DNA of 64,000 nucleotides from an uncultured Lentisphaeria bacterium (GTDB lineage Bacteria; Verrucomicrobiota; Lentisphaeria; Victivallales; UBA1829): NCBI GenBank assembly GCA_949282305.1, contig CASDPB010000128.1, positions 51,885 to 115,884 of the forward strand, read 5' to 3'. Shown piece by piece: positions 56,255 to 64,000 of this stretch (position 1 is its first letter; each line of letters starts with the position of its first letter). The notes under the pieces were generated by a model. It saw only the letters and a program-made list of their open reading frames with translations, ran no database searches and was not told where the DNA came from. The position numbers and the translations under genes were made by a program.

Positions 56255-57361
56255 TCACCTGACCGGTTCCGCGGGAACGGGAGTTACCGTCATGCCGGGT
56301 TTGACTTTGTTGGTTCCCTCGACGACAATGCGTTCCGAAGCCTCAAGCCCTTTCAGGATGATCTGCTTCCCGTTGGAGATGCCACCCGTTTTCACCCGCC
56401 GGGCGCTGACTTTGTTGTCTTTGTCGAGGACATAGACCTGATAGCCGTCGTTGTCCATGATAAGCGCGGACGGCAGAACCGCGGCGAATTTCCTGTCCGC
56501 CTTTGCCGATACAAGGACGCTGACGAAACTTCCCGGAATCAGCTGGCGGTCTTTGTTTTCAAAGGCTGCCCAGAGCGTGATGGTGTTGGTCGAGGAATTG
56601 ACCTTGTTGTCGATCAGCGTGATCTTCGCCGTTTCCCCGTAAACGGTGCCGTCGGCAAGCTGAACCCGGACGACCGCCTTGTCCCTGATCCCCGCCAGAC
56701 CTCCGAAATCGCGCCGGAAGACACGTTCGCTGATGCTGAAGCGCACATAAATCGGCGCGATCATTTCAATATCGGTGAGCTTGCCTCCCGTCGGCGTGAT
56801 CAGATTGCCTTCCGTGAAGACGCTTTTGCCGATGCGTCCTGTGATCGGCGCATATATTTTCGTATAGGAAAGCGTGTTTTCCGCGTCGAGAAGCGAGGCT
56901 TTCACCTCTTTCAGATTCGCTTTGGCGGAATCAATGTCCAGAATGGACTTGTCATGCGTGGAAACCGCAACGGCTTTGCTACGCACCAGGGTATTGTTTC
57001 GTTTGAACTCCTTCTGCGCGTATTCCAGCGCGGCTTCCAGTGATTCCTGCTGTGCCTTGAGTCTGTCCACCGCGGCGCGGTATGTGGTATCTTCCAGCTC
57101 ATACAGCAGGGTTCCTTTCTGTATGATTTCCCCTTCCTTGAAGTTGATCCTGAGAAGATTTCCCGTGATGCGCGGCATGATGTCCACGTGCTGGATGGAT
57201 TCCACGGCGCCGACATAACGTTTGGGGTTTGCCTTGGAAACCGTTTTGACGGTATCTGCCACGACGGTCGGCGGAGCCGTCTGACCTCTTTCCTCCGCAA
57301 CAGCGGAACTGTTCCACAGGAACACTGCAATGCTTCCCGGAAGCAAAAGCCGTAATATCAT
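56255..57361 (-). CDS. RND efflux periplasmic adaptor (AcrA-like MFP)
   Basis: YTKIYAPITGRIG lipoyl motif and coiled-coil. The start MILRLLL at 57361 follows GGAGGG; the 596-aa track ORF is an upstream over-extension. Confidence 0.9.
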   Translation of the reverse strand: MILRLLLPGSIAVFLWNSSAVAEERGQTAPPTVVADTVKTVSKANPKRYVGAVESIQHVDIMPRITGNLLRINFKEGEIIQKGTLLYELEDTTYRAAVDRLKAQQESLEAALEYAQKEFKRNNTLVRSKAVAVSTHDKSILDIDSAKANLKEVKASLLDAENTLSYTKIYAPITGRIGKSVFTEGNLITPTGGKLTDIEMIAPIYVRFSISERVFRRDFGGLAGIRDKAVVRVQLADGTVYGETAKITLIDNKVNSSTNTITLWAAFENKDRQLIPGSFVSVLVSAKADRKFAAVLPSALIMDNDGYQVYVLDKDNKVSARRVKTGGISNGKQIILKGLEASERIVVEGTNKVKPGMTVTPVPAEPVR

Positions 57362-57556
57362 TTTTCCCTCCATGTCACTATGATTTATTTGAAAATTAGT
57401 TCTATTACGAACGGATTTAATATACCATATTCCTGAGGAAATGCAAGAAGAGTTTCGGAAAAAACGCCGGGAGGGATTGTAAAAGAGGGCGTCGATACCT
57501 ATATTATCCGGAAGAAGAAATCGTTTGGCGGACAGACTGCATTTGGAGGAAGCGGG

Positions 57557-58021
57557 ATGAAAAAATTGACGCTGGATATTTACACGATCAGCCGTTGCAC
57601 CCATAACTATTATGCGCGGGAATTGAGGAAGCTGCATATTACGATGGGGCAGTTCCCCTTTATCATGGGAATTGCCGAGAATGACGGGATTTCCCAGGAA
57701 AAACTTTCTTCCGAAATTATGATAAGCAAGAGCACGACGGCGGTAATTGTCCAGCAGCTCCTGAACGCCGGCCTGATTACAAGGGAAGTGGATGAGCTTG
57801 ACCGCCGCAACTTCAAACTTCACGCCACGCAGAAGGCGTTGCGCCTGATCCCCAGGATCGAGGAGATTATCGCACGCTGTCATGATGCCATGACGGAAGG
57901 GCTGACGGACATTGAGCGCGATATTCTGGTGAATCTGGTCAGAAAAGTTCGATATAGAACTGAAATAACCCTGGGCGGAAAGCAGGTTCTCCGGGAAAGA
58001 CGCCCCGGGAAAAAAGCGTAA
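57557..58021 (+). CDS. MarR-family transcriptional regulator, divergent from the efflux operon
   Basis: ISQEKLSSEIMISKSTTAVIVQQLLNAGLITREVDELDRRNFKLHAT. Confidence 0.88.
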   Translation: MKKLTLDIYTISRCTHNYYARELRKLHITMGQFPFIMGIAENDGISQEKLSSEIMISKSTTAVIVQQLLNAGLITREVDELDRRNFKLHATQKALRLIPRIEEIIARCHDAMTEGLTDIERDILVNLVRKVRYRTEITLGGKQVLRERRPGKKA

Positions 58022-58038
58022 TTTTTTTCTTCCGGTTC

Positions 58039-58067
58039 TTGACAAAGCGGGAAACGACCGGTAAAAT
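58039..58067 (+). promoter_or_regulatory. Candidate sigma-70 promoter
   Basis: TTGACA (58039-58044), a 17-nt spacer, then TAAAAT (58062-58067), upstream of the epimerase gene. Confidence 0.45.
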
Positions 58068-58111
58068 AAAAAACAAACGGTTGGTTTTTATTTTAACAGG
58101 GAGATGCTGTC

Positions 58112-59146
58112 ATGATTTATCCGGAACACATTGCGGGAGTCACGGAACTGGAAAACCTTCTGTCCGTGCCGACGGAGGGGCTGATTGAGATGATGAGGCG
58201 GATCGACGGGGATCTTATGATCCTCGGAATCGCAGGCAAAATGGGAGTGACGATGGGATGCCAGGCGGTCAATGCGATCAGAGCGGCGGGTGTCTCAAAA
58301 AAAGTGATCGGGGTGTCCCGTTTTTCCAGGAAGGAGGAACGGGAGAAACTGGAGAGCCGGGGAATCGAAACGATTGCCTGTGATTTGCTGGATCAGGACG
58401 CGGTGAAATCCCTGCCTCGGGTGAAGAACATTGTCTTTATGGCGGGGCGCAAGTTCGGGACGGAGGGAAACGAGGCGCAGACATGGGCGATGAACATTCT
58501 GGCGCCGTCTTATGTCGGCGCTCATTTCCGCGACAGCAGGATCGTTGCCTTTTCCACGGGGTGCGTCTATCCGCTGGTCGGGATTGCCTCCTGCGGATGC
58601 ACGGAGGAGACAGTGCCGGAACCCGTGGGGGAATATTCGCAGTCCTGCCTCGGGCGTGAGCGCATTTTCCAATACTGTTCGCAGAAATACGGGACGAAGG
58701 TTCTGCTGTTCCGCCTGAACTACGCAATTGATCTGCGCTACGGTGTGCTGCATGACATTGCGAAAAATATCTGGGAGGGCAGACCGGTGGACAATACGGT
58801 CGGTTATTTTAACGTGATCTGGCAGGGCGACGCGAATTCCAATGCCCTGCGTTCTCTTGAACTGTGCGATTCGCCCGCGGCAGTGTTGAACGTGACTGGC
58901 CCCGAGACCGCTTCCGTGGAGAAAACGGCGCTTCAGCTTGGTGCATTGATGGGGAAAGAGGTTGTCTTCAAAGGGGTTCCGGGGGATTTCTGTTATTTGA
59001 ACAATTCCGCGCAGATGTGCCGCCGTTTCGGATACCCGAACGTTTCACTGGACCAGATGATCCGCTGGCAGGCGGACTGGATTCGGAACGGCGGCGTCTC
59101 CATTGGCAAGCCCACTCACTTTGAAGTCAACAACGGGAGGTTCTGA
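58112..59146 (+). CDS. NAD-dependent epimerase/dehydratase family protein
   Basis: ILGIAGKMG is a Rossmann GxxGxxG variant, and the protein has an SDR-extended length. Confidence 0.8.
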   Translation: MIYPEHIAGVTELENLLSVPTEGLIEMMRRIDGDLMILGIAGKMGVTMGCQAVNAIRAAGVSKKVIGVSRFSRKEEREKLESRGIETIACDLLDQDAVKSLPRVKNIVFMAGRKFGTEGNEAQTWAMNILAPSYVGAHFRDSRIVAFSTGCVYPLVGIASCGCTEETVPEPVGEYSQSCLGRERIFQYCSQKYGTKVLLFRLNYAIDLRYGVLHDIAKNIWEGRPVDNTVGYFNVIWQGDANSNALRSLELCDSPAAVLNVTGPETASVEKTALQLGALMGKEVVFKGVPGDFCYLNNSAQMCRRFGYPNVSLDQMIRWQADWIRNGGVSIGKPTHFEVNNGRF

Positions 59147-59147
59147 G

Positions 59148-60209
59148 ATGAAGACGATTGCCGATATTGACGGTTCCGTTTTGAAATCGGTCAGGCGTGG
59201 AACCGTGATTCCCGCACAGCCTCTGGCGCTGGATGAGAACCGCGCTTTTTCCGCAAAACATCAGCGTGCTCTCTGCCGCTATTACATTGACGCCGGGGCG
59301 GGAGGGATTGCCGTCGGCGTTCACTCCACACAGTTTGAAATCCGCAAAAAGGAGATCGGACTGTTCGAGCCGGTGCTGAAGGAGACTTCGCGTTTCATTG
59401 ACGAATGGTGCGAGGTTCGCGGACGCCGGATTCTGAAAGTCGCCGGCGTCTGCGGGCGGACGGAGCAGGCGCTTTACGAGGCGGACTTTGCCGTGCGGAG
59501 CGGATATGACGCCGGGCTTCTGAGTCTGGGGGCTTTTGCCGGAGACTCCGTTGAGGCGATGCTGGAACATTGCCGCGCGGTCGCACGGGAAATTCCCGTG
59601 ATCGGATTTTATCTCCAGCCGGGCGTCGGCGGCCGCATTCTGCCTTTCGAGTTCTGGAAAGAATTTGCGCGGATCGACAATGTCCTGGCGGTCAAGGTGG
59701 CGCCGTTCAACCGCTACTGCACTTTGGACGTTGTGCGCGCAGTCGCGGAATCCGGGCGCGATATTACGCTTTACACGGGCAATGACGACAATATCGTGAT
59801 CGACCTCCTGAGCGAATATGACGTTTCCGGAAGGAAAATGCGCATCAGAGGCGGTCTGCTCGGGCACTGGTGCTGCTGGACAAGGAAAGCCGTGGAGCTG
59901 CTGGACGAGATTCACAAGGTCATTGAAAGCGGCTCTGCCGTTCCGGCGGAGCTGCTGACGCGCAATATTCAGGTGACGGACTGCAATGCGGCGTTTTTTG
60001 ATCCGCAGCACGGATTCGCCGGATGTATCCCCGGAATTCATGAAGTGCTCCGCAGACAGGGGCTTCTGCCGGGAATCTGGTGTCTGAATCCCGCCGAGAC
60101 GCTTTCCCCGGGGCAGGCGGAGGAGATTACACGGGTGCATGAGGCGTATCCGCATCTGAATGACGATGCTTTTGTGAAAGCAAACCTTGAAAAATGGCTC
60201 AATGACTGA
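59148..60209 (+). CDS. Dihydrodipicolinate synthase (DapA)-family aldolase-like protein
   Basis: GGIAVGVHSTQF and LAVKVAPF (candidate Schiff-base Lys) in a TIM-barrel-sized protein. The gene starts 2 nt after the upstream stop. Confidence 0.7.
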   Translation: MKTIADIDGSVLKSVRRGTVIPAQPLALDENRAFSAKHQRALCRYYIDAGAGGIAVGVHSTQFEIRKKEIGLFEPVLKETSRFIDEWCEVRGRRILKVAGVCGRTEQALYEADFAVRSGYDAGLLSLGAFAGDSVEAMLEHCRAVAREIPVIGFYLQPGVGGRILPFEFWKEFARIDNVLAVKVAPFNRYCTLDVVRAVAESGRDITLYTGNDDNIVIDLLSEYDVSGRKMRIRGGLLGHWCCWTRKAVELLDEIHKVIESGSAVPAELLTRNIQVTDCNAAFFDPQHGFAGCIPGIHEVLRRQGLLPGIWCLNPAETLSPGQAEEITRVHEAYPHLNDDAFVKANLEKWLND

Positions 60210-60240
60210 TATGGTATCCGGTTGACCGGAAAAGGAATCT

Positions 60241-60834
60241 ATGCAGCAGAGAGCCATTGAGACAAAAAGGAAGATCCTGGAAGCCGCCGTCGCCGTTTTC
60301 GCGCGGAAGGGGCTGACCGGCGCTACGGTGGACGATATTGCGGAAGCCGGCGGCGTCAATAAACAGCGTCTCTATGCCTATTACGGCTCCAAGAAGGGAC
60401 TGTTCGAGGCGGTTCTCCGGCATGTGTTCCAGCAGGTGGAGCTGTTTTCCCGCTCCACGGTCGGGAAGGCTGCCGCGCATCCGGAGAGGCTGACGGAGAT
60501 TCTGCTGAAGGGATTTCTCGACGTCCATGCCGCGCACCCGTATTTCTGGCGGCTGCTGTCCTGGGCGAATCTGGAAGGCGAGGAGTGTGTGAAGGCTCTG
60601 GAACAGGCGCGCAAGAGGGAAAACGAGGCTCTGCGCGTGATTTTCGAGCAGGCGATCAAAGAGGGTGCCATGAAGGAAATCCGTTTTGAAACGTATCTTT
60701 TCACTCTGCTTGCCGTTTCTTATTTCTATTACTCAAACCGTCTGACGCTTGCCCATACGCTGGATGTGCAGTTGACCAGCAGAGAATGGGGCAGGCGGCT
60801 TTGCGATGACCTGAACCGGATCTTTTCCTTATGA
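60241..60834 (+). CDS. TetR-family transcriptional regulator
   Basis: ILEAAVAVFARKGLTGATVDDIAEAGGVNKQRLYAYYGSKKGLF. Confidence 0.9.
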   Translation: MQQRAIETKRKILEAAVAVFARKGLTGATVDDIAEAGGVNKQRLYAYYGSKKGLFEAVLRHVFQQVELFSRSTVGKAAAHPERLTEILLKGFLDVHAAHPYFWRLLSWANLEGEECVKALEQARKRENEALRVIFEQAIKEGAMKEIRFETYLFTLLAVSYFYYSNRLTLAHTLDVQLTSREWGRRLCDDLNRIFSL

Positions 60835-62198
60835 ACTGCATTTCGACCGGCATTTTTGACATTTTCAAGATCGGCCCCGGACCTTCCAGCTCTCATACGA
60901 TCGGTCCGATGCGCGCCGGTGCGGATTTTCTGGCGCGCCTGGCGGAACTTCCCGCCGGAAAACTGGAACAGGCGCATCACATTGAAGTGGAACTGTTCGG
61001 TTCTCTGGCGTTGACGGGGAAGGGGCATGGGACGGATCGTGCCGCCGCTGCCGGACTTCTCGGCGAGCTGCCGGAGACATGCAATGTGGAGCGTCTCGCG
61101 TCATTGTTTTCCGATCCCGCTGAAGTCCATGCGGCTTCTTTTGCCGGGAAAACGGCGTCTTTCACGAAGAAGTCGATCCGTTTCAATACGGGAAAACATA
61201 ATCATCCCTGCAGCAATACCCTGGTATTCCGTCTTTTTGCGGAGACGGGAGAACTGCTTGCCGAAGAGACCTATTATTCCGTCGGCGGCGGTTTTATTCA
61301 ACGGGAGGGGGAGCCTCCGAAAGAACTGAATGCGGTTCCGTATCGTTACAAAGACTGGGAGTCGTTCCGTCGCCTGAGCGGAAAATACGGCTTGACGCCG
61401 CTTCAGATCATTCTCGAAAATGAGACGGCGCTGACCGGCGCGCCCGAGGCGGAGATACGTTCACGGCTTGTCCATATTCTTGATGTGATGTGTGATTCCG
61501 TGCGGCGCGGACTTCATGCCTCCGGTGTTCTGCCGGGACCGATCCGCCTGGAACGGCGTGCGGGAGAGGTCTGCCGCAAGGCGATGTCCATGGAAATGGA
61601 CGATGCGCGTTTTCTGGTGCTTCTTGATTCCTTTGCCCTTGCTGCGGCGGAGGAGAATGCCGCCGGGCATCTCGTCGTGACCGCTCCGACTTCCGGTTCC
61701 GCCGGGCTCATGCCGGGAATCGTGTATTTTCTGCGTGAAATCCGCAAAGTCGAGACCGGGAAACTGGTCGACGGGATGCTGATTGCCGCCTTGATCGCGA
61801 TGATTGCGAAGCACAACGCAAGCATTTCCGGCGCGGAGGTCGGGTGCCAGGGGGAAATCGGAGTCGCCGCCGCAATGGCAGCCGGACTCCTTGCGGCTGT
61901 TTACGGATATTCGCCTGAGGTGATCGGATGCGCCGCGGAAATTGCATTGGAGCATCATCTCGGCTTAAGCTGTGATCCGGTGGACGGATATGTGCAGATT
62001 CCCTGCATCGAGCGCAATGCGATCGGCGCGGTGACGGCATGGAACGCATACATGATCGCCGCCGTAAGCAATCCCGCTAAACAGAAGGTTGGCTTCGACG
62101 AGGTTCTCGAAGCGATGCTTCAAACCGGGCGCTGCATGTCTCCCGCATTCAAGGAGACTTCTCTGGGCGGTCTCGCCGTATGCACAATCTGCGGATGA
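60831..62198 (+). CDS. sdaA: L-serine ammonia-lyase (iron-sulfur-dependent, single chain)
   Basis: IFDIFKIGPGPSSSHTIGPM at the N-terminus, and SGAEVGCQGEIGVAAAMAA. Confidence 0.92.
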   Translation: MNCISTGIFDIFKIGPGPSSSHTIGPMRAGADFLARLAELPAGKLEQAHHIEVELFGSLALTGKGHGTDRAAAAGLLGELPETCNVERLASLFSDPAEVHAASFAGKTASFTKKSIRFNTGKHNHPCSNTLVFRLFAETGELLAEETYYSVGGGFIQREGEPPKELNAVPYRYKDWESFRRLSGKYGLTPLQIILENETALTGAPEAEIRSRLVHILDVMCDSVRRGLHASGVLPGPIRLERRAGEVCRKAMSMEMDDARFLVLLDSFALAAAEENAAGHLVVTAPTSGSAGLMPGIVYFLREIRKVETGKLVDGMLIAALIAMIAKHNASISGAEVGCQGEIGVAAAMAAGLLAAVYGYSPEVIGCAAEIALEHHLGLSCDPVDGYVQIPCIERNAIGAVTAWNAYMIAAVSNPAKQKVGFDEVLEAMLQTGRCMSPAFKETSLGGLAVCTICG

Positions 62199-62274
62199 AC
62201 CGGGCATCGCGCTTTCCCGCCGCTCCGGGAGCTTTGCGGTGTTTTTTCCGAGCCCCCGTCTGCGGCGGAGCAGT

Positions 62275-62940
62275 TTATTTCACAAGATCAATGACGTCCA
62301 CCCATACGACATCCGGGTCGGCGTCAAGACGTTTCAGTTTTTCCTCCGTTTCCTGCCAGAGTTTCTTGTCGTCCATCATTTCATAGCTGTGTCCCCAGAA
62401 ATAGAAGACGCCCGTCTCCTTCGCCTTCTCGAAAATCGTCCAGAAATCGGGATTCAGGAAGTGGCAGGAGGAGTGAAGCGCCATGGTGTCTTCGCAGGGG
62501 ATCACGGTATCGGTGTTCTGCGTCGTGCGGCCGTAGGCGAATCCCGCTTCGTGCATCCGCTTCATGGTTTCGGGGGTGTAGCGTCCGCAGGGCCATGCGA
62601 AACCGCGGCATTCCCGCTGGAATCTGTCTTCCAGATACTTGCGGGCGTCAATCGCGTCCGCCATGAATTCATCATCGGGAACCTCCCCCGCGTTTTTATG
62701 GTGCATGGTGTGGGAGGCGACCTGGAAGCCTTCATAGACATCGGTCAGTTCGTCCAGCGAGAGTTTGCCCGCGTCGTAAATGCCCTTGAACTTGTAGGTG
62801 CCTTCGACTTTCCGGCGGGACTTTTCATGCAGAGCCGGGTTCAGATTGAAAGTTGCCTTCGCATTGTATTTGCGGAGAAGTTCGACGAGGCGCAGATCGT
62901 TCAATACGCCGTCGTCCCAGCATTGAGCTACTTTTACCAT
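62275..62940 (-). CDS. Polysaccharide deacetylase family protein
   Basis: KATFNLNP, VASHTMHH and WPCGRY are NodB-type motifs. Confidence 0.85.
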   Translation of the reverse strand: MVKVAQCWDDGVLNDLRLVELLRKYNAKATFNLNPALHEKSRRKVEGTYKFKGIYDAGKLSLDELTDVYEGFQVASHTMHHKNAGEVPDDEFMADAIDARKYLEDRFQRECRGFAWPCGRYTPETMKRMHEAGFAYGRTTQNTDTVIPCEDTMALHSSCHFLNPDFWTIFEKAKETGVFYFWGHSYEMMDDKKLWQETEEKLKRLDADPDVVWVDVIDLVK

Positions 62941-62997
62941 TTTTCAATACTCCAGTTTAACTTGATGAACCATGCGGTTTTCAAGAAGGTGTGTCCG

Positions 62998-63987
62998 TCA
63001 TTTTTTCAGAACCTGTTCGATCCGTTCCAGTTCCTCCCCGCTGAATTCCAGATGGTTTCCGGTTCCCGCGAGTTCGACGATCTGCTCCGGGCGGCTTGCG
63101 CCGATCAGCGCGGACGTGACGCCTTTCAACCGCAGAATCCAGGCGATTGCCATTTGCGCGAGAGACTGTCCCCGGCTGTGTGCGATTTCATTCAGCGCCG
63201 TGAGCTTTGCGACAAGTTCCGGTTTGATGCAGGCTTCTTTGAGAAAATGATTGCGCGTCGCGCGCGAGCCGGCGGGGATGCCGTGGAGATACTTGTCGGT
63301 CAGAAGTCCCTGTGCAAGCGGAGAGAAGATGATGGAACCGATGCCCGCTTGTTCCAGCCAGGGGAACATGCCCATTTCCTCATAACGGCGGTTCAGTATA
63401 TTGTAGTTGATCTGATGGATCAGGCACGGCACTTTCATTTCCCTGAGCAGTGCCGCCGCCTGCTGTGCGCGTTCCAGCGGGTAGTTCGAGATTCCCGCGT
63501 AAAGCGCCTTGCCGGAACGGACAATGTCCGCGAGCGCCGTCATGGATTCCTCAAGAGGTGTTTTTTCATCGGGGCGGTGGTGATAGAAGATGTCCACGTA
63601 GTCTACTCCGAGCCGCTTCAGACTCTGGTTGCAGCTCGCGATCAGGCTTTTGCGCGACCCCCATTCCCCGTAGGGGCCGGGCCACATGAGGTATCCCGCC
63701 TTGGTGGAAATGATGAGTTCGTCGCGATAGAGGCGCAGTCCGTTTTTGAGGATGCGCCCGAAGTTCGTTTCCGCGGAGCCGGGCTCGGGACCGTAGTTGT
63801 TGGCAAGGTCGAAATGAGTGATTCCCAGATCAAATGCCGTATGTGCCATTTTCTGCGCGTTGTCGAAGTCGTCGATGCTCCCGAAGTTGTGCCACAGTCC
63901 GAGCGAGATCAGGGGCAGTTCAATGCCGCTGCTGCCGCATCTGCGGTAGGTCATTGCGTCATAGCGTGTTTCATTTGCCTGATACAT
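62998..63987 (-). CDS. Aldo/keto reductase (YghZ/Tas-like)
   Basis: LGLWHNFG, ITHFDLANNYG, LIISTKAG and YVDIFYHHRPD. Confidence 0.92.
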   Translation of the reverse strand: MYQANETRYDAMTYRRCGSSGIELPLISLGLWHNFGSIDDFDNAQKMAHTAFDLGITHFDLANNYGPEPGSAETNFGRILKNGLRLYRDELIISTKAGYLMWPGPYGEWGSRKSLIASCNQSLKRLGVDYVDIFYHHRPDEKTPLEESMTALADIVRSGKALYAGISNYPLERAQQAAALLREMKVPCLIHQINYNILNRRYEEMGMFPWLEQAGIGSIIFSPLAQGLLTDKYLHGIPAGSRATRNHFLKEACIKPELVAKLTALNEIAHSRGQSLAQMAIAWILRLKGVTSALIGASRPEQIVELAGTGNHLEFSGEELERIEQVLKK

Positions 63988-64000
63988 GGTGTTTCCTTTG

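Noticed and set aside
57362-58045. 228-codon N-terminal extension of the RND adaptor in the track ORF 56255-58045.
   Set aside because: The extension runs antisense through the divergent MarR gene and has no adaptor-like sequence. A strong GGAGGG SD precedes the internal start MILRLLL at 57361.
1-64000. Search for CRISPR arrays, tRNA/rRNA genes, IS elements, integrases, prophage or toxin-antitoxin modules.
   Set aside because: No regularly spaced direct repeats, no cloverleaf-like or rRNA-like segments in the intergenic regions, and no transposase, integrase or phage-structural signatures in any frame. Absence is judged by eye only; tRNAscan, Infernal and ISfinder would confirm it.

Overview
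A 64-kb, moderately GC-rich chromosomal segment from a Gram-negative-type, probably anaerobic and saccharolytic bacterium. I could not assign a taxon. The gene content (many AraC, Gfo/Idh/MocA, sugar-phosphate isomerase and deacetylase genes plus a trimeric [FeFe] hydrogenase) is compatible with a PVC/Lentisphaerota-like organism, but that is only a guess. I support about 55 protein-coding genes. I found no rRNA, tRNA, CRISPR array, transposase or integrase.

Housekeeping anchors are mnmE, leuS, ybaK-like, xseB, hom plus aspartate kinase, flavodoxin and sdaA. Other blocks, in order:
- An amino-sugar/glycan locus at 1152-7650: unknown protein, CE4 deacetylase, IclR, GH20 and a long SIS protein.
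- A HydABC-type [FeFe] hydrogenase operon at 37335-41811, preceded by a long AT-rich regulatory region.
- A DtxR-linked flavodoxin operon at 45543-47640 with palindromic operators.
- An RND efflux operon with two MarR regulators at 52734-58021.
- A short gene-decay patch at 48912-49543.

The most interesting region is 13359-27556. An acyl-ACP thioesterase is followed by a tightly coupled three-gene cassette of membrane-fusion (HlyD-type) proteins. One of these is a PqqD-like / M50 site-2-protease / HlyD-like triple fusion. Immediately downstream is a translationally coupled nine-gene lipid/polyketide-like operon: two Cys-less KS-like proteins, a B12-binding radical SAM enzyme, a GT2-DUF2062 fusion, an LpxL-type acyltransferase, a KS, an ACP, a stand-alone condensation-like HxxxDG protein and an acyl-AMP ligase. 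Neither the product nor the export and processing logic is predictable from characterised systems. This is my best candidate for an undescribed system. All functional calls come from motif and family recognition by eye, with no database search.
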